A stretch of DNA of 64,000 nucleotides from Octopus sinensis (lineage: Eukaryota): contig NW_021832529.1 in the NCBI RefSeq assembly GCF_006345805.1, positions 1 through 64,000 of the forward strand, written 5' to 3'. The notes under the pieces are model-generated. The model did no database searches. It was given only the letters and a program-made list of their open reading frames with translations, and was not told the origin of the DNA. Position numbers and translations under genes: made by a program. This document shows positions 25,445 to 37,781 of the stretch, piece after piece (position 1 is the stretch's first letter; each line of letters begins with the position of its first letter).

Positions 25445-25955
25445 ATGACAGGCACCCGTGCTAGCGGGGTGCAAAGAGCACCATATGAGCATGATCGTTG
25501 ACAGAGCAGCTAACTGGCTTCTGTGCCAGTGGCACATAAAAGGCACCATTCGAGTGTGATCGTTACCAGTGTCGCCTTACTGGCACTTGTGCCCCGTGAT
25601 AGTAGGGTGCTAAGAGCACCATCCGAGCGTGATCGCTGCCAGAGTGGCTAACTGGCTTCGGTGCCGGTGGCATGTAAAAGGCACCATTCGAGCAGGATCG
25701 TTACCAGTATTGCCTTACTGGCACCTGTGCCGGTGACATATGTAAAAAGATTTGAGCGAGGTCGTTGCCATTACTGCCTGACACGTAAAAGCACCCACTA
25801 CACTCTTGGAGTGGTTGGCATTAGGAAGGGCATCCAGCTGTAGAAACTCTGCCAGATCAAGACTGGAGCCTGGTGCAGCCATCTGGTTCGCCAGCCCTCA
25901 GTCAAACTGTCCAACCCATGCTAGCATGGAAAGTGGATGTTAAACGATGATGAAC
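25445..25955 (+). mobile_element. SINE terminal module preceded by GC-rich minisatellite
   Basis: Repeated GGCAC.TAAAAGGCACCATTCGAG..GATCGTT units, then standard module and (GAT)n. Confidence 0.75.
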
Positions 25956-26893
25956 CCTCGGAAGGACAATAGGCAAAGTTCATCTCAGAGGGATTTAATT
26001 GCAAAACGTTAAACGGCTTTAACTAAATGCAGCAAAACATTTTGTCCAACACTAAAGATTCTCCCATTCATCATCCTCTAATAATTGCTTCCAATATAGG
26101 CACAAGGCCAGACATTTAGATTGAGGAAACAGTTAATTATATTGCCTCCATATTACTTACCAAAAACTTTATTTTCCTTAACCACACCAAAGAATGGAAG
26201 GTAAAGTTGACACCAGGGGATTTAAACTTAGAATCTAAAAGGTTGTATTGAAACACCACAAGGTATTTTATTTGCTATGAATCCACATCCCTCTAGTATT
26301 AAAAGTCAGTCAGAGTTCATATTTAGAATGGAGAGATAGGAAGTTGTGACATTTAGATATATTAGCAAAGTAGGTTAAGTACTTTCTGCATAAAACTGAA
26401 ACTAAACTGAAGACTAAGGTCAATCATGCACAGCTGGTGATAGGTTTATGATGTTTATGCCTTTACTAAAATCTTTGGTAGCATAAACAAAATGGCATCA
26501 TCCAGAATGTAAAAAGGTAGTATAGTGTGTATAGTGCAATGTTTGATAATATAAATAATAATTGATTTTAATGCAGGTAAGGAGGTTGTGATGTTCATGT
26601 ATCTCTGAAGAATGTTGGTGTACCATCTTGTCAATAACCTCTACTAAATATGCCAAATAGATTCTGTAATCATTGGTCAGCCTTAACCATACAAAAGTTG
26701 TGAAATTCATGCCTTACCTAAGGACAGGAAAAAAATACAACTGTGAATCAGATGATTTCTGAATTAAGCCTATTGAGATTGGGGAAAGGAAAAAGGAGTT
26801 TGTGTTATCTATTCAGAGTTTTCCTAAGAGCACCAAGTCTGAACTGTTTCTGCAGAGAATTCATTTGCCAAGAAGACAGCTGTACATTATTTG

Positions 26894-29800
26894 TTATGAT
26901 GAATTCAGGTTGTCCATTATGGTATCAACTTGTTTTAGTTCTAGAAATATAAAATAAAAAAAAATTCACTTTAAGAAGAATGGAGAAAAAATTGAAAAAA
27001 ATTCAATCACAATAATCATAAATCTTGCTTTAAAATTAGTTTTTCCAAATTGGAAATGAGCAAATGTCATCTCATATTTGTGGCATAATATCCAGAGACA
27101 AATCTGCCTCACTTCCTCTCACTTTGTCAACACACTTTTCATTCATCTTCTATTATTTACATGTCCCTCTCAGTTAGCATAGTTATCTCTCCTTCATATA
27201 CTGATTAATACCTTTAATGCCCTGACACTTTCTCAACTCATTTATACTGTCTCTCATGGAAGATGTTATACACACAACAGATTATATTCAATTTCTCTCC
27301 AGTCTCCATATTCAGTGTCTATATTGTTGATGTTATCCCCAAATCACCCCATAACTAATGTACCTCATCTATGACGCCCACCACACTCAATCAGCACCAG
27401 TGTATCAAGGACCTTTGTAGGGATGTGAGGCTTCCTCTCGGAGATACAAGCAAAGGCATCTACTCAATGTCTTTGAGCATAACAGACCTGGTCCTCTAGA
27501 TTGGTAGATGGACAGAAGGTTAACAGGGCTGCCAGCTAAAAACATTAGATAGGAAGCAAAAAAAACTCACTTATCTTGAGGAAAGAAAGTTCCCTGCCTC
27601 AGAAATTGATGACATCCTCTGGCTAAAGCTCTTCTGAAGTTAAAGTGCCCTCTGACATCAGGACATGAAGATGATATCTATACACAAGTAATAGCACTCA
27701 AAACTATCTAACAATGTAAAATTTTCTTAAGTAACCAACAGGAATAAGAATCATCTCAGCAACAGACAAACAAGATGAAAAGAACTGGGAGTTACTAGAA
27801 AGACTGCATGAGAAAGGAGAACTTGGATGTCCTATGTATCACAGGAGACTGAAAGGCTGAGATGAACTGCAACTAAACCTACATTATTCAATATACACTT
27901 TTTTAACATGGTAAAGTGAGCTATGAGAGAGATTCAGCTGTTATTTCATGAAGGTCAAGCAACCATTAACATTTAAACAGTGGGAAAGGGTTGCATGAAT
28001 GTATGTACCAATGAGGCAAAAAGCAAAAAATATCTCAAGAGTAATTTTTATACATACCCACTTTAAATAAACACAAAAACTATAATAATTGTTAGCCTCT
28101 TGTACAATAACATTTTCAATCTCATTAAAAAGTGTTGTAAAATATTCACTTTTTTTTTTATGATGGTTGTATCTATGTAAAACTTTTGAAACATCAATTG
28201 ATAATGTCTGCTGTTTTCTATTGAAATATCAATTGATGATTTCTGCTGCTTATGGGGTAAAAGTTCAAGTATCCATCATATTCCTTTCCAAACATAAATT
28301 ACATCTTATCTTTTACTTGTTTAAGTCCTGAGACTGTGACCATGCTGGGACACCACTTTGAAAAATTTTTTAGTTGAATCAATCAACCCCAGTACTTATT
28401 TTTTAAGCCTGATACTTATTCTATCAGTTTCCTTTGCCAAACCACTAAGTTATGGGGATGTAAACAACCAACACCGGTAGTCAAGCTGTGGTGGAGGACA
28501 AACACAGATATGAAGACACATATATATACAGGATAGGCTTCTTTCAGTTTTTGTCTACCAAATCCACTCACAAGGCTTTGGTTGGCTTGAGGGTATAGCA
28601 GAAGACACTAGCTCAAGGTGTCATACAGTGGACAGAACCCAGAACCATGTGGTTGGGAAGCAAACTTCTTACCACACAGCCACGCCTGCATATTATAAAA
28701 AGTTACAACCTATTTTTAGAGGATCTTGGATGTTGTCCACTAAACATATCTCTCACAATTCTTGTTAATTCCAGGTAAAATAGCTACTTCAAAAGAATAG
28801 TGGTCTCTGTACTGGTTGTAGATAAAATAAAGAAAGAACAACACATTTTACCAACTCCTTAGGTGTACTAATGGACACAGAGTAGGTTGTTTGTATTTAT
28901 TCTAGCATCACTGTTGCCATTTCAGATATAACAGTATTTTATTTTAGGTCACACTTGAACTTTGATTAGGGTTAGTAATTGTTAGAAACTTCTCTGGCCC
29001 TGAGGAAGCAAGCCAGTCTTTGCGATAGTCTTTAGTATGGTAAGGAGAGTGAGAGATCATCAGTGCTAGTGAGACCCAGCATTTGTAGCAATTATGAGTT
29101 CTGTTGCTGGTTTTTTGTTTAATCTCTAGACAGGACAATAATGTTTTTATGATTCCTAACATGTATATACACTGATATGAAAAACTGCTAAACATGCACG
29201 CACACATATATATTTAAACATTTTGACATCATTGTTATTATGCTTGCATGAGTCAGACAGGATTAGCTGAAGCAGCTTTTCTATAGCTGTATGTCCATCC
29301 TGTCACCAACTCTTACTTGTTTCCAAGCAAGATAATATTCTTCCATGGCCAGACATGCTTATCAAAAATGGCTGGAAACAAATAACATCATTTTTATAAA
29401 AGTGATGCTTGTTTACAATCATCATTTGAGGTCAAGGAAAAGGCACATGCATGCGTGCATATACACGCTCACACATTCACATGCGATGGGCTTCTGTGTA
29501 CGATATCTATTCACATGGCTCTGATCAGTCTAGGACTTTTGTAGAAGGCTCTGACCACATGTGCTGCACAGTGGAACAGAACCCAAGACCACATGCTTCT
29601 CAACAACACAGTCACCTCTATGCCGAATCACAAAAATATCCTCTTTAGAAAACCAGGACTTAAAAATTCAAATTTAAATAGGCTTTAATCAAAAGACTTA
29701 CCATTTAGAAAAACACGAAATTTTTCTGCAGACATATTAAATACAACTGGTTTTGCGTTTTCTGTGTCTGGGTTTACAACTTTTAAACATATCTGTACAT

Positions 29801-32673
29801 TTGGTTTGTTTACTGTCTGGAAAAGAATTCAAGAACATTGAAATAACAAAAACTGACCAGCTGTTGTTATTGCTTCTCCTCATGTACTGCAATGGCTATA
29901 GTATGAAGAATAAGGAGGATTTAAGACTCTTGCTGCTTTTTAATGCAACCAACATAATTTGCAACACACTTTAAGAAACCAGCCAGTCGTCTCATCACCT
30001 ACAAATCAAGTGAGATTGGTTTCATCCTCACAAGGAAATACGAGAGGCAAGCCACTGTAAATATGAAATCCTTTCCTGGTAAAAAATGCACTCTCCAACA
30101 TAAAATATTGGCTGATGACATCAGAGTCAGAGCTAGACAAACTCAGAGACAGAAGACATGGAACCTGTAGTTAGCTATAGGTTTGAAGAAATACAACAAG
30201 ATCTAGGGAGGCAAAGCTAGGTCCTTATAGCATAGATGAAGACCATGAGTTCCTCTGAGATAACCTTCTCAGGGTTACAAATCAGACACGTGACCAAATC
30301 AAAGTTCCAGCTAGATCGAATATTGTGGTGGAATGACATGGTATATAGAGTTGTAAAGAATGTAGAAATTGAGAGAATTATCAAGTAGCTGAAAGAGAAA
30401 CTCAGGGTGAACCAGAAAGGAAGAGATGTGCACGTATTCTGCAATATGAGGATCACAGGTTGAGGTGTTCAGTATCACAAGAGAGTGAGTAAGTCAGAAG
30501 GAAGCTAGATGTCATCAGAGAATAGTATATCCAAAATGATGAAAGCACACTTGTTACTTCTAATGACATGGAAGTGCTACCATGATAGGTTGTTGAATGA
30601 GCAGAATGCATAGGATAAATAAGGTTTACCTCATGCTAACAGAGTGAGCAGCAATTCAAACTGACAACAGTGTGACGGAAAGACAAAGTACTAGAGTCAA
30701 TATAACTGACTAAGGTCTTGAAATTAGTATGAAGGTTAGTTGCAGTTTATGAAATGAAACTAGTAAGGGACAAAAAAATATTCAAAACATTATACTTCAG
30801 AGTCCTTAATATTACCACATCACTTGAGAGAAATATCTAGACCAAGAAAATTTCACAGTTAAGTAGTATGTAATACAAACATATTAACAAAAAATTTAAT
30901 ACATAGAAAGACTGATTTGAAAAAAAAATATTAGTTCAATTTTATATTATAGTATCAATAAACAGTCATGATATATTGAAATCCAACATTTGTAAATAGC
31001 TGAATAATAAAAAAACTTTTAAATTACTATATTATATGTCTTAATGCCTTACCTTTAATGATTTCGAACTGATAACATAATCAACCCGCCACTGAACTGA
31101 GTTCATATGTGATACTAAATTAAAAAAGAAACATAAAGAATTAATATATTTGTATACTTGCTGTAAGCCTAATTTCCTCCAATAAAGGAGGAATATGTAA
31201 TGATTATTATTTTTAACTTGTTTCGCTGGAGACCATCCATGGATTTACAATCTAGAATTGTGATGAACTGTGATGCCATAAGTATACCAGGTATGCCAAC
31301 AGAGAGCTTATGAAATATTTTGCCTGGATTGATAATCACTCACTATTAGCTATATATGTATGTATATCAATATCACACCAACACAAATACATACATATAC
31401 ACACACATATATATAAACACATACACACATATGCATACATACATAGCTTGCCAGCTGCGATATAAAAAAAATATTGATGATGTCAAAACTAAGTTGGTAA
31501 CTCTCGCTCTCCACTAAACATGAAATTTTAAAATTTGTGTGTGTGTCTGTGTGTGCGTGTACGTGTGTATGTGTGTGGAATTATGTGTGTGTGTGCATGG
31601 TTAGTTGAATCATAATGTATACCTGTTTGATAATGCACATTATTACATCAACCAATCACTGAGTTTTTAAAACAACTGTAAGGATTTATCAAAGACTGTC
31701 ATTTTTTTTCTTAATTATAATTCTGCTGATTTAATATCTTTATAAATGACCTGATGTCATATATAACTGCTTGGGTATGTGGTAAGAAGCGTGTTTCCCA
31801 ACCACATGGTTCAGGACTCAGTCTCAGTGCAAGCACCTTGAGCAAGTGTTTTATATTATAGCCTTGGGCTGACCAAAACCTTGCGAGTGGATTTGGTAGA
31901 TGGAAACTGAAAGAAGTCTGTTGTATATATGTACATATATGTGTGTGTGTGTGTCTCTGTGTCTGTCCTCACTACCACCACCACCACCACTTGACAATCA
32001 GTGCTGGTGTGTTTATGACCCCATAACTTAGTGGTTTGGCAAGAGATCGACAGAATAAGTACCAGTCTTTAAAAAAATAAGTACTGGGGTCAATACATTT
32101 GACTAAAAATTCTTTGAGATGGTGTCCCAGTATGACCACAATCTAGTGACTGAAACCAGTGAAAGATATATAGTTGATATTATAAGAATTTAGAAACTTT
32201 GAGAGAATGTAAAATAATTCTTTTTCAGAATGTTTTTGAACAAATAGGGTGTGTATACACATAATAACACTTGGTAACAAATAGAGTGTCTCTATATACA
32301 CTGAGTATTATCAACATAACAAGTGAGCAAAATAAGGTTCACCTCAATTGTTCTGTATAGACTGTGTTGAGTCAGTCAGCCTAAAATTTAAAGTTTGTAA
32401 GTTAGTGGATATTAGTTGATACTTTTTCAACTATTGTACTTAAAATGTACTTAGCAGACCCAAGTCCTTATTTTTATCTCAGCATTTTACCCTGACAATA
32501 TAATAAGTAGCACACAATTTCTATTGATTTAATGTGCTTTAGCTAGCATACTAACTAGAATATGTGAGAACTACTAAATATTTTATACTTACTTCGTAAA
32601 CTTTGTTTGCGTAACTGTTCCTGAAACTTGGTTACATTATCACCATAGAGTTTACAAAGTGGTATAGAATGTT
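26894..32673 (-). CDS. COMMD4: COMM domain-containing protein 4, last four exons only
   Basis: Exons 32673-32593 (EHSIPLCKLYGDNVTKFQEQLRKQSLR; acceptor AG absent), 31114-31053 (ISHMNSVQWRVDYVISSKSLK), 29816-29702 (TVNKPNVQICLKVVNPDTENAKPVVFNMSAEKFRVFLN), 26940-26894 (ELKQVDTIMDNLNSS*). Phases join; matches COMMD4 WRVDY..SS..P.V...V...SA.KF..LL.ELKQ. Confidence 0.9.
28330..28690 (-). mobile_element. tRNA-derived SINE
   Basis: Reverse complement of GGCGTGGCTGTGTGGTAAGAAG.TTGCTTCCCAACCACATGGTTCTGGGTTC family. Confidence 0.75.
31765..32160 (+). mobile_element. tRNA-derived SINE
   Basis: GTGTGGTAAGAAGCG.GTTTCCCAACCACATGGTTCAGG...CACCTTGAGCAAGTG...GTACCAG...GACTAAAA. Confidence 0.75.
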
Positions 32674-33149
32674 ATGGAATGATATATAAGATAGGTATTC
32701 AAAAATGCATTAAATAGTATCTAAAACACAATCATCACCATCATTACATATAGGCTAGATGGTTTTACAGGATCCAATGTGTACAAGGACCATGCTGTCT
32801 TCTAGTGTCTGCAACGGCCTAGTTTCTATGGCTGGATAACCTTCCTAACACCAATCACTTTAAAATGTGTACTGAGTGCATGGTGAGGTCACAAAACTAC
32901 AAGACCTGTGGTGGTGGTGATGGTGGGTGTCGTGTATGGAAGAAAATGAGGGGTTAAAGTATGAAGGAAAGGGAGAAGGGAGAGGCAAATATGTTCTTGT
33001 AGAGGAGCAACATGGTTACTCAACTTTAAGAACGAGAATGAGAATGATTAGAAGGAGCAGCAAGTCTGGGTGTTTCCTTAATGTACAAGGTGAGTATAAG
33101 TGTGTTGAGACAGAGTGTGAGCAGGTTGGGATTTGCAAGAGTGTACGGT

Positions 33150-36100
33150 GAAACCAGAAGTCCTTATCTCATCTTGTCTTCCTTTGCTTTTCTTCCATGA
33201 ACACCTAAAGGCCTTAAGCCAATACCACCCCTACTATATAAGGTAGTGACCATACGGCGCAAAACATGATAGTGTTGTGAAGCAGGTTGAACTTAAGATC
33301 ATTGCTTTGCTTATGAATTCTGCCAAATGCGAGCTTTCTTTTCAGGTACATGACACCACTGCTCCCCGTCCCTGGGCCTCTAGGGCCCATACCTTCCACA
33401 CCCTCAGGGTTGGCACTCTCAACGTAGGCACACTGAAAGGTAGGTCTGGTGAGATTGTTGAGATGCTTGAACGGAGACGAGTTGATATCTGTTGCATCCA
33501 AGAAGTAAGGTGGAGAGGTGGTTCTGCTAGGTTCCTCACAGGCAAAGGAAACAGGTACAAGATTTTCTGGGCAGGAAACACTGATGGGGTTGGAGGCGTG
33601 GGTATACCTCTCGTTGAAAAATTGGTAGATAAGGTACTTGAGGTAATCAGAGTAAGTGACAGAATACTTAAGATTAGAATAGTGCTTCATCATAGATTAG
33701 CAACCATTATATTGGCCTATGCCCCTCAGCCAGAACTACCCGATGGACAGAAAGACAGTTTCTATGACACCCTACTGCAGACCACCTCATTGACGAACGA
33801 CAGGGACCTTCTCTTTGTGGCTGGTGACTTCAATGGGCATGTTGGACGATATGCAGGGGCCTTCCATGGCGTACATGGAAGCTATGGTTATGGTTCCCGC
33901 AATGAGGAGGGAACCAGGCTGCTGGAGTTCTGCGATGCGAATAGTCTTATGGTTTGCAACACTAACTTCAGGAAACCGACAAGCCACCTGGTCACCTACC
34001 GATCGGGCCGGCATACTAGCCAAATCGACTACATCCTTGCCAGAAAAAGGGAAAGAAGGCTGCTTATAAATGCCAAAACCTTCCCAGGCGAAGAATGCAC
34101 CCCACAACATAGACTGGTAGTTAGTGACTTTAGGATCAGGACTAAGAGGATGACTAGAAGATGACCAACATGGAGAAGAAGGGTCTGGAAGCTTAAAGAC
34201 CCTGCGAATGGACAGAGATTTAGAGATATGTTACTTGAAGCCTTTGACGAAATAGAAGTGGGTATAGCTACACATGGGGTAGAAGACAACTGGACGCTTC
34301 TGAGGGACAACCTGCTGAAAGCCACTGACCAGATCTGTGACTGGTGCAAAGTCCCCTCAAGACCCAAAATAACGTGGTGGTGGAACAATATTGTTGACAG
34401 GGCTATTAGACAAAAGAAACAGACTTGGAAGGACTGGAAGAACGGTGGTAGCAGGGAAGTGTATCAGACTGCCAGAAGGGAAGCTAGGAGGCAGGTGTAT
34501 TTAGCCAGAGGGAAAGCAGATAAGAAAAAATTTGCCAATGTTCTGCGCCGTGAGGATGAAAGACTTGAGGTATTTCGTGTTGCAAGACAGTGTGTGAGAG
34601 AGAATCGTGACGTGGTAGGAGAGAAATGTGTTCGCAAGGATGACGGTTCACTTGTGCTAAATGAGGATGCAAAGAGAGAGGTTTGGAGACGCCAATATGA
34701 AAGGTCGCTGAATGAGGAAAATGAATGGGATAAAGAGAGTCTGCCGAATGTCGACCCAACAGAGGGACCAGCAATCCGAGTTGACAGTTCCTTAGTAGTT
34801 AAGGCAATTACAAGCATGAAAACAGGGAAAGCCCCAGGCCCATCAGGAATTACTGCAGAGATGCTCAAAATATCTGGTAGTGTCGGCTTTAGCCTAGTCA
34901 CCCATATAGTTAACCAGGTGATACACGAAGGAGTCATACCCAATGACTGGTGTAGCAGCATACTAGTCAACTGCTACAAAGGTAAAGGTGACGCCCTAGA
35001 TACAAATAACTACAGGGGTATTAAGCTGGTGGATCAGGTAATGAAGGTTACGGAGAGGGTTATAGCCCAACTTATTAGAGAGAGAGTTAGCTTAGATGAG
35101 ATGCAGTTTGGGTTCGTGCCAGGGAAAAGTACTACTGATGCTATATTCCTGGTAAGACAGCTGCCGGAGAAATACCTAGCCAAAGATAAGCCCTGTACCT
35201 GGCTTTTGTTGACATGGAGAAAGCCTTCGACAGGGTCCCCCGATCTCTTATCTGGTGGTCAATGAGGAAACTAGGGATAGATGAATGGTTAGTGAGAGCT
35301 GTGCGAGCCATGTACAGAGATGCTGCTAGTAAGGTGAGGGTTGGCAATGAGTACAGTGAAGAATTCCGGGTAGAGGTTGGGGTCCACCAAGGTTCAGTCC
35401 TCAGTCCCCTCCTATTTATCATAGTCCTCCAGGCAATAACGGAGGAATTCAAGACAGGATGCCCCTGGGAGCTCCTCTATGCTGATGACTTTGCTCTAAT
35501 TGCTGAGTCACTATCAGAACTGGAGGAGAAGTTTCAGGTGTGGAAGCAAGGATTAGAATCGAAGGGCCTTAGAATCAACCTAGCCAAAACCAAAGTCCTA
35601 ATAAGTAGGAAGGTAGACCAATCACAAACGACTTCAGGTAGATGGCCCTGCTCGATCTGTAGAAAAGGTGCACCAAGTGTAAGCTATGGACACATAAGAG
35701 GTGCAGCAATGTCAAAGGAAGGCTAACTAGGAAAATAGTTTTTGAATGTGGCTGATGCTCAGGAGCAATAAACACTGGAAATGTGCAGAGACCAACTTCT
35801 ACCACGTTCCAGGGAGTCAAACTAGAAGTAGTTGATAGCTTCCGATACCTAGGTGACCAAGTCAGTAGCGGGGGTGGGTGTGCTGAAAGTGTAACTGCTA
35901 GAGTAAGAATAGCCTGGGCAAAGTTTAGAGAGCTCTTACCCCTGCTGGTGACAAAAGGCCTCTCGCTCAGAGTAAAAGGCAGACTGTATGATGCATGTGA
36001 ACGTACAGCCATGCTATATGGTAGGGAAACATGGGCCGTGACTGCTGAGGATATGCGTAAGCTCGCAAGAAATGAAGACAGTATGCTCTGATGGATGTGT

Positions 36101-37075
36101 AATGTCAGTGTTCATAATCGACAGAGTGTAAGTACCTTGAGAGAAAAGTTGGACCTAAGAAGCATCAGTTGTGGTGTGCAAGAGAAACGTTTGCACTGGT
36201 ATGGTCATGTGACGAGAATGGCTGAAGATAGTTGTGTGCAAAAGTGCCACACCCTAGCAGTTGAGGGAACCTGTGGAAGCGGTCGACCCAGGAAAACCTG
36301 GGACGAGGTGGTGAAGCACAACCTTCTCACTTTAGGTATCACCAAGGAAATGACTAGAGACCGAGACCTATGGAAGTATGCTGTGCGTGAGAAGACCCGG
36401 CAAGACTAGTGAGACCATAACCCGTGGCCTCTACCTGGTATGTAGCCAGTCGACTTATACATACCTTTCCTTCTTGGGACACAAAACTCCACTTGTGAAG
36501 ACCCGTTGAGGTAAGTGAAAATCAAAATCAAAATCAAAATCAAACCAAATCAAATCAGATATCAGAAGCAGAACCAAAATCGAAGTCGATCAACATCAAT
36601 GGAAATTGCAGCTGTGATACCAGTGCCGGTAACAAGTAAGCGAACCATCCGATTGTGGCCATTGCCAGTGCCGCCCCGACTGGCCTCCGTGCCAGTGACA
36701 CGTAAAAGCACCATCCGTTCGTGGCCGTTGCCAGCACCGCCCCGACTGGCCTCCGTGCTGGTGGCACGTAAAAGCACCATCCGTTTGTGTCCGTTGCCAG
36801 CCTCACCTGGCCCCCGTGCCGGTGGCACGTAAAAGCACCATCTGTTCGTGGCCGTTTGCCAGCTCCGTCTGGCTCCTGTGCAGGTGGCACGTAAAAAGCA
36901 CCCACTACACTCGCGGAGTGGTTGGTGTTAGGAAGGGCATCCAGCTGTAGAAACACTGCCAGATCAGACTGGGCCTGATGCAGCCTTCTGGCTTCACAGA
37001 CCCCAGTTGAACCGTCCAACCCATGCTAGCATGGAAAACGGATGCTAAATGATGATGATGATGATGATGATGATG
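33150..37075 (+). mobile_element. Near full-length, mutated RTE-clade LINE (APE + RT)
   Basis: APE ORF 33277-34164 (CIQEVRW, AGDFNGH, SQIDY, QHRLV); RT 34228-35726 (LYADD); C-terminus to 36409. In-frame TGA at 34162 and 36089, frameshift ~35190, small deletion ~35668. 3' end has (CAAAAT)n, minisatellite, terminal module and (GAT)n. 5' boundary approximate. Confidence 0.92.
36610..36895 (+). repeat. ~58-bp GC-rich minisatellite (about 5 units) in LINE/SINE 3' region
   Basis: Repeated GGCACGTAAAAGCACCATCCGTTCGTGGCCGTTGCCAGC. Confidence 0.85.
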
Positions 37076-37781
37076 CCAAAATTTGAAACCAATATTTAGT
37101 CACATCAATGTGGTAAGCTGGCAAAATCATTAGCACACTGAGCAAAATACTTGGTGGCATCTCACCTATCTTATGTTCTGAGTTCAAATTCTGCCAAATA
37201 CCAGTTGAACTATGGAGCTGATGTAATCAACTTACCCACTTCCCGAAATTGCTGGTCTTGTTCCAAAATTTAAAATCAATATTTAGTTACATATGCATTC
37301 AAACCCCATCAAAGTCAACACAGCCTTTTATCTTTCCAGGTTGATAAAATAAAACCAGTCAAATAATGGATTTGATTTAATCAACTGTTCTCTGCTAGCA
37401 AAATATGTAGCTTTATGCCGCCTGTTAGGAAACATTATTATTAGGATGATGGCATGTCACATTACTTCATTTATGTCCCCAATTTTGTAAGTTCATGAGC
37501 CTTTTCAAGGAATATAAATCTACAGGCTTCAGTCTACTTGGTTGATAAAAATGCATTTTATTCTCTGTTCCCTGGGTTAAGTGGTAACAGGTAGCTGTAA
37601 CTGTAAATTTGCTCCAACACAAAACAAAAATTTAACATCTTGGCTATATGTTAACACAGAACAATGGAAATAAAACTGTCATAAAAATAGAATTCTGAGA
37701 GGATAGCTGCTTTATTTGTGTGAAAGATATAATCATTAAACCAATGATGACGGTAATAATTTCTTGATATTTTATTTGTAG

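Noticed and set aside
31239-31290. Exon-like MDLQSRIVMNCDAISIPG|gtatg segment
   Set aside because: Phase does not fit the MRPL9 exons and there is no homology; it lies antisense within a COMMD4 intron
36610-36895. CRISPR-like repeat-spacer pattern (also 25445-25790)
   Set aside because: The 'spacers' are homologous to each other, the context is a eukaryotic LINE/SINE 3' end, and there are no cas genes; these are minisatellites
34029-37019. Minus-strand ORFs over the RTE, and alternative-frame ORFs over the Gypsy elements
   Set aside because: Shadow ORFs of GC-richer coding or repeat DNA with no recognisable motifs
2545-37430. tRNA genes
   Set aside because: The GTTC-type B-box matches are degenerate SINE heads continuing into SINE bodies; no complete cloverleaf was seen
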